Origin: Paraspadella gotoi
Lineage: Eukaryota > Animalia > Chaetognatha
NCBI GenBank assembly: GCA_051294375.1
Contig: CM119263.1
Span: 7,410,829-7,474,828, forward strand
Direction of reading: 5' to 3'
Length of the DNA: 64,000 nucleotides
The position numbers and the translations under genes are program-made. This document shows, piece after piece, positions 1 to 13,627 of the stretch (position 1 is the stretch's first letter; each line of letters opens with the position of its first letter). A model generated the notes under the pieces. It did no database searches. It was not told where the DNA came from and saw only the letters and a program-made list of their open reading frames with translations.

Positions 1-41
1 AAACGATTTTCGATTTTTTCTTAAAGAAGTGCGAAACTCAC

Positions 42-191
42 CTCGTTTCCTTTCGACTCGAATGATGAGGTGCATCGAAATTGGGTCTCGAAAGAATTTG
101 TGACTTTTTGCTCAAGGAGTCTGAGTTTCAGTCCGAGTTCCTTTAGTATCAGATTCTCTTTACACTCTCGTCTCTCTCTCCGTCTTGGCTT
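42..191 (-). CDS. Candidate internal exon (50 codons, phase 0/0), product unknown
   Basis: Strong donor GAG|gtgagt at 42/41. Frame is open to a weak acceptor ttacttag|. Translation KPRRRERRECKENLILKELGLKLRLLEQKVTNSFETQFRCTSSFESKGNE. No homology recognised. Confidence 0.3.
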
Positions 192-245
192 CTAAGTAAC
201 TTCGTCTCTGTCTTCCTTCTTCGTTAAATTATAATTACAGTATCG

Positions 246-820
246 TTTTTAGTAGTAGCGGAGCAACTCGAGAAGTCACTTTTGGGTCGGTCGGTTGGTT
301 TGCCAGTATGTCTGCCGGTCTGTGCCACTTAAGTTTTAAATGCGCATAACTCAAGCAATACAGCATCAATTAATTGCATATTTGGTATTTAAATTAAAAG
401 TGATCACATGACCCAAACTAATTCTGCTTAAAATCGGTTGCTCTTTTATTATTTTTGATGATACGGAAAGAACCTGGAATCAAAGCGACTTCTCGCGTTA
501 CCTTTTCAAAGAAATCATATAAAAATAAAAAACGGAATTCCGATACAGCGAGGGTCTAACGCTCACTTGTAGTCACGTGATCACCTTAAAATATACATGA
601 AAGAAGTCAAGGCTGCTCAACACATCGTTCTTTTAAAACCCACCCCTCGCTTTTCACGCGTTTGGTGGGGTCAGTTTCTACCTTTGGCCAAATCTTGATC
701 TCATGTAGTAAAAATATGCATGAACTTACCGAAACCTAATCATAATTACTTTTTTATATTCTTTCTTAACTTTTTTTTTTAGGTTATCTGATATCCGCCT
801 AATCGAGTATTTCGCCACTG

Positions 821-822
<2 letters not shown>
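246..822 (+). mobile_element. Non-autonomous Helentron-associated (HINE/DINE-1-like) element, family A
   Basis: Starts gtttttagtag...gagcaactcgagaagtcactttt followed by a (GGTC/GTCT)-type microsatellite. Homologous by eye to an inverted copy at ~46110-46285. The sequence atcgagtatttcgc near 802 is an inverted match to the 5' subterminal motif. The 3' boundary is approximate. Confidence 0.55.
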
Positions 823-886
<64 letters not shown>

Positions 887-1434
887 CTCTCCTCTCTCTA
901 CATCTCTCTCTCTCTCTCCTCTACTCTCTCTCATTCTCTCTCTCTCATCTTCTCGTCTCTCCCATCTTTCCCCTATCTCCGTCGCCATGGAAACGTGATG
1001 ATTGCGTTTTCGCGTCTTTCTTCCGCCAGGCGGCGACGCGACTCGGCGTAGATTCCTCAATTTCCTTCACTCGTGAATAATTGATCACCGAGTCACGTGA
1101 GCGGGGCATGGCGAGGACGAGGGGCGGTGGGGGGGCGAGTGGATCATTGAATCACGTGACGAGGGCATGGAGAGAACGTATTTTGAACATGATCGTGGCA
1201 TGGACATATGTGAGAAAAATCACGTACTTACCTGAGCAGCGGGTTTGATCATGGAGAGGAAAGGATATAGGAAAAACGAAACCAGCGCAAATGATTTGAT
1301 ACATCAAGTTAAGACCATAATTTGGAGCCTTGAACGTATTTTGTCGTTTAAATTCGATCCTCCCATCGACAACGACAACAACAATAACAACAACAACCGT
1401 TACTGATCGCCCTCTTCACGCGCTGATCACGTGA
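573..1434. promoter_or_regulatory. E-box (TCACGTGA) cluster 1
   Basis: TCACGTGA at 573, 1093, 1152 and 1427. Confidence 0.5.
1232..1252 (-). CDS. Candidate first coding micro-segment MIKPAAQ ending at a consensus donor
   Basis: CAG|gtaagta donor at 1232/1231, with an in-frame ATG 21 nt upstream (phase 0). Confidence 0.25.
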
Positions 1435-1609
1435 TTCCTCGGAGTTTGCGCTTTTGTTTCGGTCTCTTGTCTCTCTTAATCATTCTTGATTATTCCTTAT
1501 TATTCTTTTTTTCTTATTTATTCCTCATTCTTCATTCATGGGGAATTAAAAGCCCAAAGAAAATCCCGGAGAAAATTATTCTCGGTTTCTTCTCCTGATT
1601 TTTTTTTTA

Positions 1610-1659
<50 letters not shown>

Positions 1660-2039
1660 TCTCTCTTGCTTTTTTTTCACTTACCTTTAAATGTAACATT
1701 TAATTCGACGATGGATCGTCTAATCAATTAATGTTTTCCAAATTTTCCTAATACATATTTTTTTTGCATTTAGTTTAAGATTTAGTTACCGAAGCTCGAA
1801 GAGAAATTGACGTGGCTTGACGCATGCAGAAGGGTAATGGCGCTGGCTTGCACATCATGAGCGATAAAGATTTTTAAAGTGAGTTATTTTAATGTTGATT
1901 ACCAGATTCGCAATAGTTCAACCATTTAACCAACTAACTAACAACATTTTTTTGTTCCTACATCAATACGTTTAATACATTTAGAAGTAAACAATATGTA
2001 CGCGCTCGTCATTCTCCCTATTTATGATAACGTAGATAA

Positions 2040-2074
<35 letters not shown>

Positions 2075-2964
2075 NNNNNNNNNNNNNNNNNNNNNNNNNN
2101 NNNNNNNNNNNNNNNNNNNNNNNNNNNNNNNNNNNNNNNNNNNNNNNNNNNNNNNNNNNNNNNNNNNNNNNNNNNNNNNNNNNNNNNNNNNNNNNNNNNN
2201 NNNNNNNNNNNNNNNNNNNNNNNNNNNNNNNNNNNNNNNNNNNNNNNNNNNNNNNNNNNNNNNNNTTTCCTAATGAAATTCGCCGTTTTTTTTTTAATTA
2301 GGAAAAAGAGAGATGGAGGCATCGTGCGTGCGACCGCACGGAAAATGCGAGCGTGCGCGCGGGAATTTGACGCGCCGACGTGCACGCGACGACGTGCACT
2401 CGCGATTAAACCGCGTTATATATTCTGGGTGCCAACACTGACGGTTTTGTTTTGGGCCTTTGTAAAGGAACGAGGTACGAAAGAGACGAAAGNNNNNNNN
2501 NNNNNNNNNNNNNNNNNNNNNNNNNNNNNNNNNNNNNNNNNNNNNNNNNNNNNNNNNNNNNNNNNNNNNNNNNNNNNNNNNNNNNNNNNNNNNNNNNNNN
2601 NNNNNNNNNNNNNNNNNNNNNNNNNNNNNNNNNNNNNNNNNNNNNNNNNNNNNNNNNNNNNNNNNNNNNNNNNNNNNNNNNNNNNNNNNNNNNNNNNNNN
2701 NNACTAAAACTTTTCATAAACAAAAATCAGGAAAAAAAAGTTGGTGGTAGGCAGAGAAAGTCGTAAATCTAATATAATAATATAATGTAATATAATTAAA
2801 CGTTGGGGAAAATATGAAGACCATAATGGAGTTTGTCTCTGAGAAGAGTTAGGACTCCCAAGGAGCTGGCTGGCCTTTAATCGCTTAATTTGCCGCCCAT
2901 TGAAAAAAAGACGATAAGACATTTCTTCCCAATTAAATTCAAAATATTTTTTTCTCCGATTTAC

Positions 2965-3055
2965 CGGGATTTGCCTGGACCGGTTTGGGTGGCACAGTCT
3001 CTCTTCCCGGCCACACCGGCTCAATTCCCGTCGTTGGAGAATAACGAGTCCGTTT
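2965..3055 (-). CDS. Candidate 91-nt exon, product unknown
   Basis: Acceptor ctctttccctgacag| and donor CCG|gtaaat. One open frame reads KRTRYSPTTGIEPVWPGRETVPPKPVQANP. Confidence 0.25.
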
Positions 3056-3175
3056 CTGTCAGGGAAAGAGTCCATTTGCTCTGCTGTGCAAACACAACTA
3101 ACTTGAATAATTCACATTTTATCCGCCGAACCGGGATCTGAATTTAAAAAAAAAGTTTTTGAGGTTTTTAAAAAC

Positions 3176-3208
<33 letters not shown>

Positions 3209-3971
3209 NNNNNNNNNNNNNNNNNNNNNNNNNNNNNNNNNNNNNNNNNNNNNNNNNNNNNNNNNNNNNNNNNNNNNNNNNNNNNNNNNNNNNNNNNNNN
3301 NNNNNNNNNNNNNNNNNNNNNNNNNNNNNNNNNNNNNNNNNNNNNNNNNNNNNNNNNNNNNNNNNNNNNNNNNCCACACTCCGTTCCTCCTTCCCTCCCT
3401 CTCCCTATCCCTCTCACAACGAAATTTAAAACGAATGAGAAACTTCACTAAATTGACTGGCGTCTTTACTTTCGATCATTAAACTTCCGCCGATTTTGAG
3501 TTTGAAAACTCAATCAGAGAAAAAAAAAAGTTTTTGAAAATAAAAAAGGGTCAAAAATGACAGAACGCATCCGAATGTGAGACGCTTGAAGTATAACGTT
3601 GCGGGTCATGTGAAAGTTGTCGATGCTTCTTTGATTTAAAGTGGCCAAAACGATATGAAATTAATAAATGAAAAACAATTTTGAAAAAGAGTAGGAGAGT
3701 TGTCTGTTTGTAAGTTTGAAAGGCTCCGACTTGTAAAATTCTCAGGATGATCGTTGGAAACAAAACAAGTAAACTCGCCCGGATTCGACGCTCAACAAAT
3801 CTTTCTACATTAAAAAAAAAAGAGAGAGAGAGTGAATAGATTTAAAAGTATCTCACTTTACTATTTTAAAAAAAAATTATTTTCGTTTAAATTCGATTTA
3901 TTTCGCCGACGTCGACGAATTCCGGCGTCAAGTGACGAATGCGTCCAACTTAACTTTTTTCTCTCATAAAA

Positions 3972-4081
<110 letters not shown>

Positions 4082-4688
4082 TATTAATCATATTAATATA
4101 CATTATAAAAGAGCTAATCAAGAGTTGGTTACCGGCGAATCGCCGAGGAAACCTTTTATTTTTTTTTCTGCGTAACTCGGCGCCACTCGACGTCAAACGC
4201 CGAAATTGACGTTACGCGATGTTACGCGGCGCAACGTGGCGATACGCTCCACGCCCGACGCCGCTGATATAACGTGGGAAACGTGAAAGGAAAAAGGGAA
4301 AAAAAATTATGCTGGTCAAGGGAACGGAGCTCGAACGGCTAAGAAATCGTTAAGTTGTAACGCGTGAACCATTACTACATTAGGTTAATTAATAATTTGA
4401 AGGTAATTTATAATATATTGACGGAAAAATAGACGTATGACCCTACGTTTGTATGATTTCCTTTCGACAGTTCTCTTTCTTTATCTCGTTGATTGAGTTC
4501 CGATTGCTCAGTCTCATTCAAGCATAGAAATGCTCATGAAAAAGGTTTGATCAACATTCTCGAACGTGAAATTGTTATTAAAAGTTGAATTAGAAATCAA
4601 CTGATCATAATTTTAAGGATTTTAAAACATATCATTTGACAAGAAAATTAGTTTCGTCAATGGTCATTGGTCATGCCCACCTTTACAG

Positions 4689-4805
4689 GTCCGGCAATGA
4701 AGACGAGGTCAACAGCCTCCTAATTGATACACCCAGTCACCCGAAGACTTCGGTGATTCGGGACGACGATTACCTTCAGTTCACCGACTCAACTTTAAGA
4801 ACTTT
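4689..4805 (+). CDS. Candidate exon running into an N-gap
   Basis: Acceptor cacctttacag|. Open frame SGNEDEVNSLLIDTPSHPKTSVIRDDDYLQFTDSTLRT. Any donor would lie in the gap. Confidence 0.25.
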
Positions 4806-5480
4806 NNNNNNNNNNNNNNNNNNNNNNNNNNNNNNNNNNNNNNNNNNNNNNNNNNNNNNNNNNNNNNNNNNNNNNNNNNNNNNNNNNNNNNNNNNNNNNN
4901 NNNNNNNNNNNNNNNNNNNNNTCGGGATTCTTCTCTTTTTGACCAAAATACAAACTCTTTTCTTTTTCTCTCTCTCTTTCTCTCTTTTAGTTTTGACGGT
5001 GATTTCTTCTTCATAAAAATAAACCAGGTTCCCTCCCACCCATTTTATTTTACCGGCCGTATAAACTAAAATTCGATCGATATTGTTTGTTGCAACTTGA
5101 AAAAGTTCGTTCGTCGTTCTGAAACACAATCTAATAAAGTTGCGGTCATAACTTGAAAATAAAGACAAAAGGCAAAAAAAAAAGGGGAAAAAAAAAGATA
5201 TTGTTTCGTTTTTGTTCGCATTGCGAATCGAATTGAGTCGAATTAATTCGAAGTCGAATTGAGTTGCAGTCAAATTAAGTTGCAGTCATATTCGAAAATC
5301 GTTTCTCGTTTCCTTGACGACTCAATCGACCTTAATTCATTTCTGTCTCTATCCCTTTTTTTTTCCTTTTTTATTTTTTTTTTTTAATTCGAGTCGAGGC
5401 AATTTTTCTTTTTCGTTACTTTTTATTTTTTGTTGTTTTCGATTTGATTTTTTGTGTTTGTTTTTCGAGGACACAAACCT

Positions 5481-5528
<48 letters not shown>

Positions 5529-5782
5529 CTCTTCTCTCTCTCTCTACTCTTCCACTCCATCTCTCCTCTCTCTCCTTCTCATCTATATGACGGATTTTGC
5601 GATCGATCGAAAAATCGAAGACCATTATCTTTCTCTCCTATATTTTTTTTAAAACATTCTTACTCGTCGCTGGCCCGACGACCCTTTCGCCATAGATTTT
5701 TTTTTAAAAATTCCATTCTCCTATCTCTCTCTCCTCTCCTCTCATCCATCTCTCTCTCCTCTCTCTCTCTTCTCATCTCTCC

Positions 5783-5818
<36 letters not shown>

Positions 5819-6374
5819 TTCTCTAGGCGACATTGAGTATTACAAAATATTTACAGATGTCCTTGAGTCTTCGCTGACATGACATTATTGACATCATTAT
5901 TCTTTGTCACACAGAATTAAATCTTCTTTTATTAATTTACTTTTTCTCAGTTTCTCTCAAATAACAGAAATATTTTTTATTTGTACTTTTTTTTGTAAAT
6001 TTATACACATTTTAAATTCTATTTGTTTTTTCCTAAAGAATGACCATGTCATCACGTTTAACCAACTCTCTCAGAGCTCTACTACGCATACCGAAAAGAG
6101 CACAGTTTACGTGTAGTATAGTTTACGTTTTTAGATTAAACTGGCTAAAACAATCAACAGTGTCATCTGGTTTTTTCTTAAAAAAATGTCTCCATCTTCA
6201 ACTTCAATGATCATATAAACTCTGATGAAGAAAACTGATGAATAAAATTAGCTGTAGAAAATACATTTTAGACAAACTAGAAAGGGAATCTTACTGATGA
6301 CATTGTGGGAAGCGGTGGTTAAAATGGGGATGGTAGGAAGTAAACACGGATAGAAGCAAGAAACTAATGAAGAG

Positions 6375-6690
6375 AGGAAAGGAAGGAAGGAAGGTAGGTA
6401 GGTAGGTAAGTCGAGAGGAAAGGAAGGAAGGAAGGAAGNNNNNNNNNNNNNNNNNNNNNNNNNNNNNNNNNNNNNNNNNNNNNNNNNNNNNNNNNNNNNN
6501 NNNNNNNNNNNNNNNNNNNNNNNNNNNNNNNNNNNNNNNNNNNNNNNNNNNNNNNNNNNNNNNNNNNNNNNNNNNNNNNNNNNNNNNNNNNNNNNNNNNN
6601 NNNNNNNNNNNNNNNNNNNNNNNNNNNNNNNNNNNNGAAGGAAGGAAGGAAGGAAGGAAGGAAGGAAGGTAAGAAAGTAGGTAGGTAGAG
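6375..6690. repeat. (GGAA)n/(GGTA)n microsatellite spanning a gap
   Basis: Tetranucleotide runs on both sides of the N block. Confidence 0.9.
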
Positions 6691-7436
6691 AGTAATTTAG
6701 GTAATTTGTCAAATGTTTCATCGCCACGGACCAGGAGCTTCAATCCGGACGAATTGCCAAGTGAAGACGCAATAAGTTCTCAGTTCCTCTTTAATAATTA
6801 TTTATTAATTTATTTATTTATTTATTTATTAATTCCCACACAAATATTTTCTTACCTTTCCGACGACGCAATTAATTTTTTTTTTCAGTTTTTTCGTCAT
6901 CCCTTTTTTATATTCAGTGATTTTCCTTTCATTTTTCATTCAGTTTTTATTCCATTTCTTTCGCTAAGAAGCAACAGAAGAAAAGATTTGCATGAAATTA
7001 AATTACAAAGGCTCAAAATGAACCTTTTTTTTTTTTTACTTCCAAATGCAAATTAGATTTTTATTCTTCATTGATACTCGGGGCCTCGAAATCAGGGGGC
7101 GAATCACGGAACCGAATAAATATTAAAATAGAAAGAGGCAAATTCATTTTTTTTGGTCCAAAACGTATAACGAATGCGTTTGTCATTTTGATGCTAATAC
7201 TAGTCGACAAAACAAAATGAATTTCGTTCTATTTTTAGTCTTTTTTTTTAATTTCTTTTGGCAAAGAATGTCTATATCTATTTTTCGTTTCTCGTTTTCA
7301 ATAAAACCAAAGGTGGAGGGGGGTGGAGGACGAACGGATGTTCATAAAGTATTTGAAAGAGTTATGACCTTTTCTGAAGTATTGCAAGGAAAAAAGAAAG
7401 GAAAAATTTAATTTCCCAGAACTAGAAAAAGTCGAA

Positions 7437-7506
<70 letters not shown>

Positions 7507-8317
7507 TTTTTGATTTAAATCGCATTTCATGATGATGATTATTTTTTCGTCTGCCTTATCTCCGCGGCGAATTGGTTGGAAACATTTGAAAATACCTATT
7601 TATTTGTCTTTCGAATTTGGATCGCTAAGTTCCGATTCTCGAAATGATATTATAACCTATATTAATATTAATAACAATCAAGAGTTAACGAAGGATCCTC
7701 TTTGTTCGGCTGAAGTTCCATTCAAAGGAGACGATATTCAATCTGAAGCGAGGACAATTTTGAAAAGAATAAGTGGGTCAAAAAAAAAAAAAAAAAGAAA
7801 AAAAAGAGTCAAAAAAATACGTTTTTTTTTTCGAAAAAAAGACAAGTGACAAAGATTGAGCGTAGAAACGAGCGACGCTTTTAAAATATATTTTAATATA
7901 TATTGTAATTTATAAATGTACTATAGCCAATTTATCAGTATTTTCGTTTATTTTCTCTTATCGTTATTAAATACATTATACATTTGGGAGAAAATTCAAT
8001 GAATCAATGTAGGAGGATATTAAGAAACGATAAAAAAGAAAGAAAAGTAAAAGGAATTAAAAGGGAAAAAAAGAAGAAAAAACTTTGCCTTCGAAGATAT
8101 AAAAGTAACGACGAAGAATTCAGAAAGATTTTTTTCTTGTTTACTTTTTTTTTTTCAGTTTATTCCCTTATCGTCCGCTAATGATGCAATCGTTTAAGGC
8201 CTCATTAAGAAATAAAGTGATGCTTAAAAGAATAAAGAAAAAAGAAAAGGTCTTTTCTCTCTCTGTCACTCTCTCTCTGTCTCTCTCTCTTTCTCTCTCT
8301 CTCTCGATCTGGTTTTT

Positions 8318-8386
8318 TAGTTGAAAGGCGGAAACTCTGCGTCCATTTGCAGCCTAATGTCGCGGGTTCGATTCCTATGAGGACGA
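8318..8386 (+). pseudogene. tRNA-derived remnant or SINE head
   Basis: A-box-like TAGTTGAAAGG (8318-8328) and B-box GGTTCGATTCC (8365-8375) at tRNA-like spacing. No complete cloverleaf. Confidence 0.45.
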
Positions 8387-8659
8387 TTTCTTTCTCTTTC
8401 TTTGTTGTCGTCATCAGCTTCCAGGTCGTCGTCGTCGTCGTCGTCGTCGTCTTAGTTGTCTTGTTGTCAATAATGATGCTTGTGTTAGATTGTATCTTTG
8501 TGGTGCGGGTTTTTTTTGTGATTTTTACTTTTGTCGTTATATATTTTTTAACAATGTTGTGATGATAAAATTTTACTCATTAAAGTTAATTTAACATCCG
8601 ATTTGTATTTTCGTTTGAAATTAGAATATTCTTGGTTTCCTAATTTCTTTCTCATCTTC

Positions 8660-8675
8660 TTTTTCTTTCTTTTTT

Positions 8676-8763
<88 letters not shown>

Positions 8764-9026
8764 TTTCTTCTCTCTCTCTTTTATCTTGGGCGGGATTTCG
8801 TATTTCTTCCTCTCTTAACCTTTGACTTTCGGGGAAAACTTTCTTTCATTGAATTTTGTCAAAGCCTCATTTTCGTCGGTGTCGTTTCCGTGTTTCCTTT
8901 TTTCTTCCCTTATTTATTTTTCTCCTTTTTTCTTATTCCTCTTTGCTCTTTCATTTTCGCTGGTTCTCAAGTTTTTTTCTTTCTCGTTTTCTTTTTTCTC
9001 TCTTTCTGTCTTTCTTTTCTTTCTTT

Positions 9027-9093
<67 letters not shown>

Positions 9094-9094
9094 G

Positions 9095-9125
<31 letters not shown>
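8660..9125. repeat. Two (CTTT)n microsatellite blocks
   Basis: Runs at ~8675-8765 and ~9025-9125. Confidence 0.9.
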
Positions 9126-9126
<1 letters not shown>

Positions 9127-9965
9127 TTTTCCCTTTCCATATTTTGCTTCTTCCTTTACTAATCGTTTCAGTTTTCTTCATACATTTATTTACCTCAACT
9201 TTTCTTCCGCCTCAATCTCGGCCTCCATTCAACCTTTCATTCTTTTCATGAGTCAAACTTTTTCTTTAAAATCCTTCTTTAGCTTCATAGTCTTTATGGT
9301 GTCACTTAGTACCAAAAAAAGGACCTTTTTTATGCCTTCGCGTTGACGTCTTCTGTAAAAAGTCCCGAGTCTACATTCAGATCATTCGATCTCCTTTCAA
9401 AGTCATGACTTTAATTTCCTGACAAAAAAAAATTATAAAAAAAAAATTAATTTTTTTTCTTATTAGATTTTTTGTTGTTATTGGTTTCCATGATGCTATG
9501 ATTTTTATGGCGCGAGAAAGAATTTGATGAGACTGACGTCGAGCGTTGAGTATATAATTAATATTTAGTTTTACAAAGACATCCTTACTAATTTTGTAAT
9601 GAAAATAATACAGAGCTTTGTCTTTATTTTTCCTTAAAACTTCCTCTTTTTAAGCCCTTATCTTTCTTTTCTTTCTTTATTTCTTTCTTCCTCTTTTATT
9701 TTCTTTCTTTCTTTCTTTCTCTCTTTCTGTTTCCTTTCCGTCTTATATTTCACGATTTAACACTTAGAAAGTTATTTTTCAATTTCATTTTTTTCTTATC
9801 TCAACTATTTCTATCCTTTTTTTTCTATCCTCCTTTTTCTATTCTCCTTTTTCTATCCTCCTTACCTTTCACTCTTCCGTTTTACAATTTTTCTTTCCCC
9901 CTTCCCCTATCCCCTCCCTCAACTCACTCTCTCTCTCTCTNNNNNNNNNNNNNNNNNNNNNNNNN

Positions 9966-12900
9966 CTCTCTCTCTCTCTCCTCTCCTCCTCCTCTCCTCT
10001 CTCTCTCCTTCCTCTCTCTCTCTCTCTCCCCCTCAACTATTTCTTTTATGATTTTCGTGGATTTCTTTTCCCCGTCCGCGGTCGTTACTAGTTTTCCGGT
10101 AGTGAGTTGGACGATCGCTGGGAAGGTGATTATAAATTCAAGTATAATTGTGGATAAGGCTGTTTTCAGATCCCTACACCCTGTTTTGAGTGGTTTAAGA
10201 GAGATTAAGGAAGAATCATTGAGTCTAATGTGGATGACAATTGTAGGAGAAAAGAGAGGAGATGAAAGAAGATGGCAGATAGAGAGGAGAGGAGAGAGAG
10301 AGAGAGAGAGAGAGAAGAGAGAGAGAAGGAAGGATAACGAGCGACAACAGAGAGGAGGACTGGGACACGAGAAGAGAATGTGCAATCACCTGCACCCCGT
10401 CGCGACACGGACAAGAGCAGCGTATACGGAGGTAAAGAGAAGCTCAGTCGAATGGAACAGCGAGATGTATGACCTCGCGAGAGAGAGAGAGAGCCCACGA
10501 CAGAGGGAGGAAAGACAAAGCGCTTTTCCTACCGAGGAAACCTTCCACGTGTTTCCTCTACTTACTGTCGCCCGGAGCAGCAATGGGGAGAGAGCCTCTG
10601 GGACAGGTCTTCAGAGTCTAGTCGGGAAATTAATACCACCTCTCTAAGTGGAAGTTGCTTATCCTTCCCAAGAGGCAACGATTGGACTCTTCATAATTAC
10701 TCATTATCAATAAATGTCAAACGGAAGCGATCTCATGTGGGCTTCCCGGGCCTTCCAACTAATACGAGTCCAGTATTGGTGGTCGGTCAAGGACGTTTTT
10801 TGTTATTCCCTCTCTCATCCTCTGTCTCTTTCTTATCTCTCTCTCTCCCTCTGGCCGTGTCCTCTTTCAGGAAAGTGGCTCCTCGCGGCATATCACGCAG
10901 AAGTAGAATCAGAGTTACTCGAGTGATAGAGACGCTCATATCTCCCTTCACGTTTTGTTTTGAGAAAAGGTCTCATTGCTTATCTTTTTCTAGCACTTTC
11001 TCCTTTTCTTCTCCGTCTCCTGACTCTCCTCTCTCATTTCTTGCAGCTCTAGCCGAGTGTCGATACTATCTCTTGATTAGACTCTTTCACCAATCTCGAA
11101 TTTCTGCTGCTTTTAGTAGGTCAGTGTCTCTTCTCTCTCTCTCTTCTCTCGTCTGACTTTCTTCTCTCGTCTCTCTCTGCATTCTGACTCCTCGTCTCCT
11201 CTCTGCTCTCCTCGTTTCGGTCCATTTTGGCATTTTCTACTATTTGGCCCATAACGCTCATCAAACACGATTTTTCTGGTTTACTATTTACACAAAGGGG
11301 GAGGACCGGCCTGCAGGCGGGACTCCTCCCGAGGTCCCGTTCCTCGAGGAGATAGGCTGCGTTCGAAAGGCTGCGTCTTCGGGGGCCTCGGCCGAAACGG
11401 AGGGGTATGCTCTGTTAGTGCTCATGGGCAAGGGGGGGCGACGACACTAAGTGGGTGTGTGGCCGAGTTGATAAACCAGAATTTCATTTGACCAGACCTC
11501 GGGAAAGGCTCGGAGGGTCGTGTGACCAAAAACGACGAAAGGAAGGAAACTCGAAGCTCACAAAAATGGGTTAATAGAATAATATCAAAACGAGGTTAAC
11601 CTTAACCGGGGAATAAGTAATATTCGTGCGCTAAATCTCCGAATCCAAAATATTTTTGGAGGAATAAATATTTCGTCTTCCAACCTTTTCACCTTTTTCT
11701 CATTCGTCCGGGCCTGCGATTTTCTTGACCCGACCACCTTCACACCTCCCACTTCTCAACCCCCAGGCCTCGAATTTCAGCATTCCCCCCTGTGCAATTA
11801 GCTACGCCGATCCCCACCCCCTTTCGGCCCGAGTGTTCTTATTTTCGCGTTTTAAGATTTCTTGTTTCTTTTGCGGCTCTCTCATTTCTAGACGACGTCG
11901 GAGAGGTCTGAACATTGAAGCGACGCCGATGTAACGCGAACAGAGCCGGACAGGGACGCCGGACGCAGGAGAGAAGGCTGCGGATCTGAGATGGTGAGAG
12001 AAAGAGGACTTCGATAACCGAAAATCGAACGGAGACCGGTTCGGGCGTATCAGTTTTTTCTGGAATCTTTCCCTCGTCTGTCACCACCCGGCTCCGCTGT
12101 TGGTCCGTTGGTCGTCGGGTCTTGTTGTTGGTCGGGCCCGCTCGTCGTTCTCTCGTCGTCCCTAAAATCATGTTCTCTCAACTCGATCGAATCCGCGACC
12201 TGTGCATGCCACTGTGCTGCGCCCTCCACTCTCTCGTATTAGAACCTGAGGCCGACCGGCGCGGATTCTTTTCGCATCGTCTCAAAAATGAATTGTATAA
12301 ATATATTCTTACAATATTCCTTTCTTTCTTTACTTTATTTTTTTTTTTTTTTTAAATTTTCTCTCTTAAATTTTTCCAATCGAAAAAACAATCTCTGACA
12401 AGTTTTTCTTGTTTTCTCAAAATCGATTCGTTTTTCATTCTCATCCAATTTACGTCATTCCGCGTCTCGATTTATGAAAAAAAACAAACCAAAAGACAAA
12501 TAAAAATAAACAAAAAAATATTTCCAGGAGTATAATATTTCAAACGGAAAAAAATGCTTCTGATAAGGAAAAAGAATTATGTATAACCAAACAAATATTT
12601 AAAAAAGAAAGGAACTACTTTTTGCCAAAAGAAACTGTCTAATCTTTGCCAAGACAGGTTTTTTTTTTTTTTCATCCTTCGCAATTTTTTGAATATTTTT
12701 TGATGTTCCGGGGTCGACGAATTGGAAATTATTCGAAGAATAATGGGTCCGAAAGGGGTCCGATATCGATTTCGCGTTATTAAAGGGAACCTCGGTTTCT
12801 CCTGTCGGAAAATTATTTTCAAAATGATGTTAATTAATTTTTAAAGCTTTAAGGGTTATATTTTTAAGGGCAGCCATGTGGGTTTTTTGATTCCTTTTTT

Positions 12901-13579
12901 TTGTTTTAAAAAAATTCAATTTTTCAAAGTTTTTTGGGTTGAAAAAAAACAAAAGGTGATTGAACATAGCCAAAACCCAAAAAAATAATATTTACTTATG
13001 GGCAAAAACGGCCCCAGCTTAACTTTCGGAGACTAATTTTTTTCTTGAAAAAAAAAGGGGATTACACGATACCTTTTTAATACAACTAGTTCGCTCTGTC
13101 TTCTTTTCTGTTGTGACTAATAACTTTCTCATTGACCTGACTGGAGGACATTCTCCAATCTACGTATTCTCTACAGAATGGAAAAGAATGAGGCAGATGC
13201 AAAACGATCTGGGTCCCGACAGTCTCCGCCAACCTATTTCGAATTCCCTGACAATCAAACAAGTGGCTGCATCTTCCCAGCGCCCGTAAAAGCTTTCATC
13301 TCCCTTGAGGTTCCTTCCAAATCACCGGCGATACAAATACGGGTGCGAAAAAAAAAAAAACAAAAGCGAAAGTGGATTCTTTTTTGCACTTATTCACCTC
13401 CCTGTAAATCTCCACCGTTTACCAACCGCGACCCCGTTTTTGGATTGACCCTTAATATTTTTGTTTTTGATTTGAATCAAACATAAAAAATTCTTGTGGG
13501 GGTCACACAGTTTTTACTGCCTCACCTACTCTCTCTCTCTCCTTCATCTCTCCTCTCTCTCTTCTCTTCTCTATCGCCT

Positions 13580-13627
<48 letters not shown>

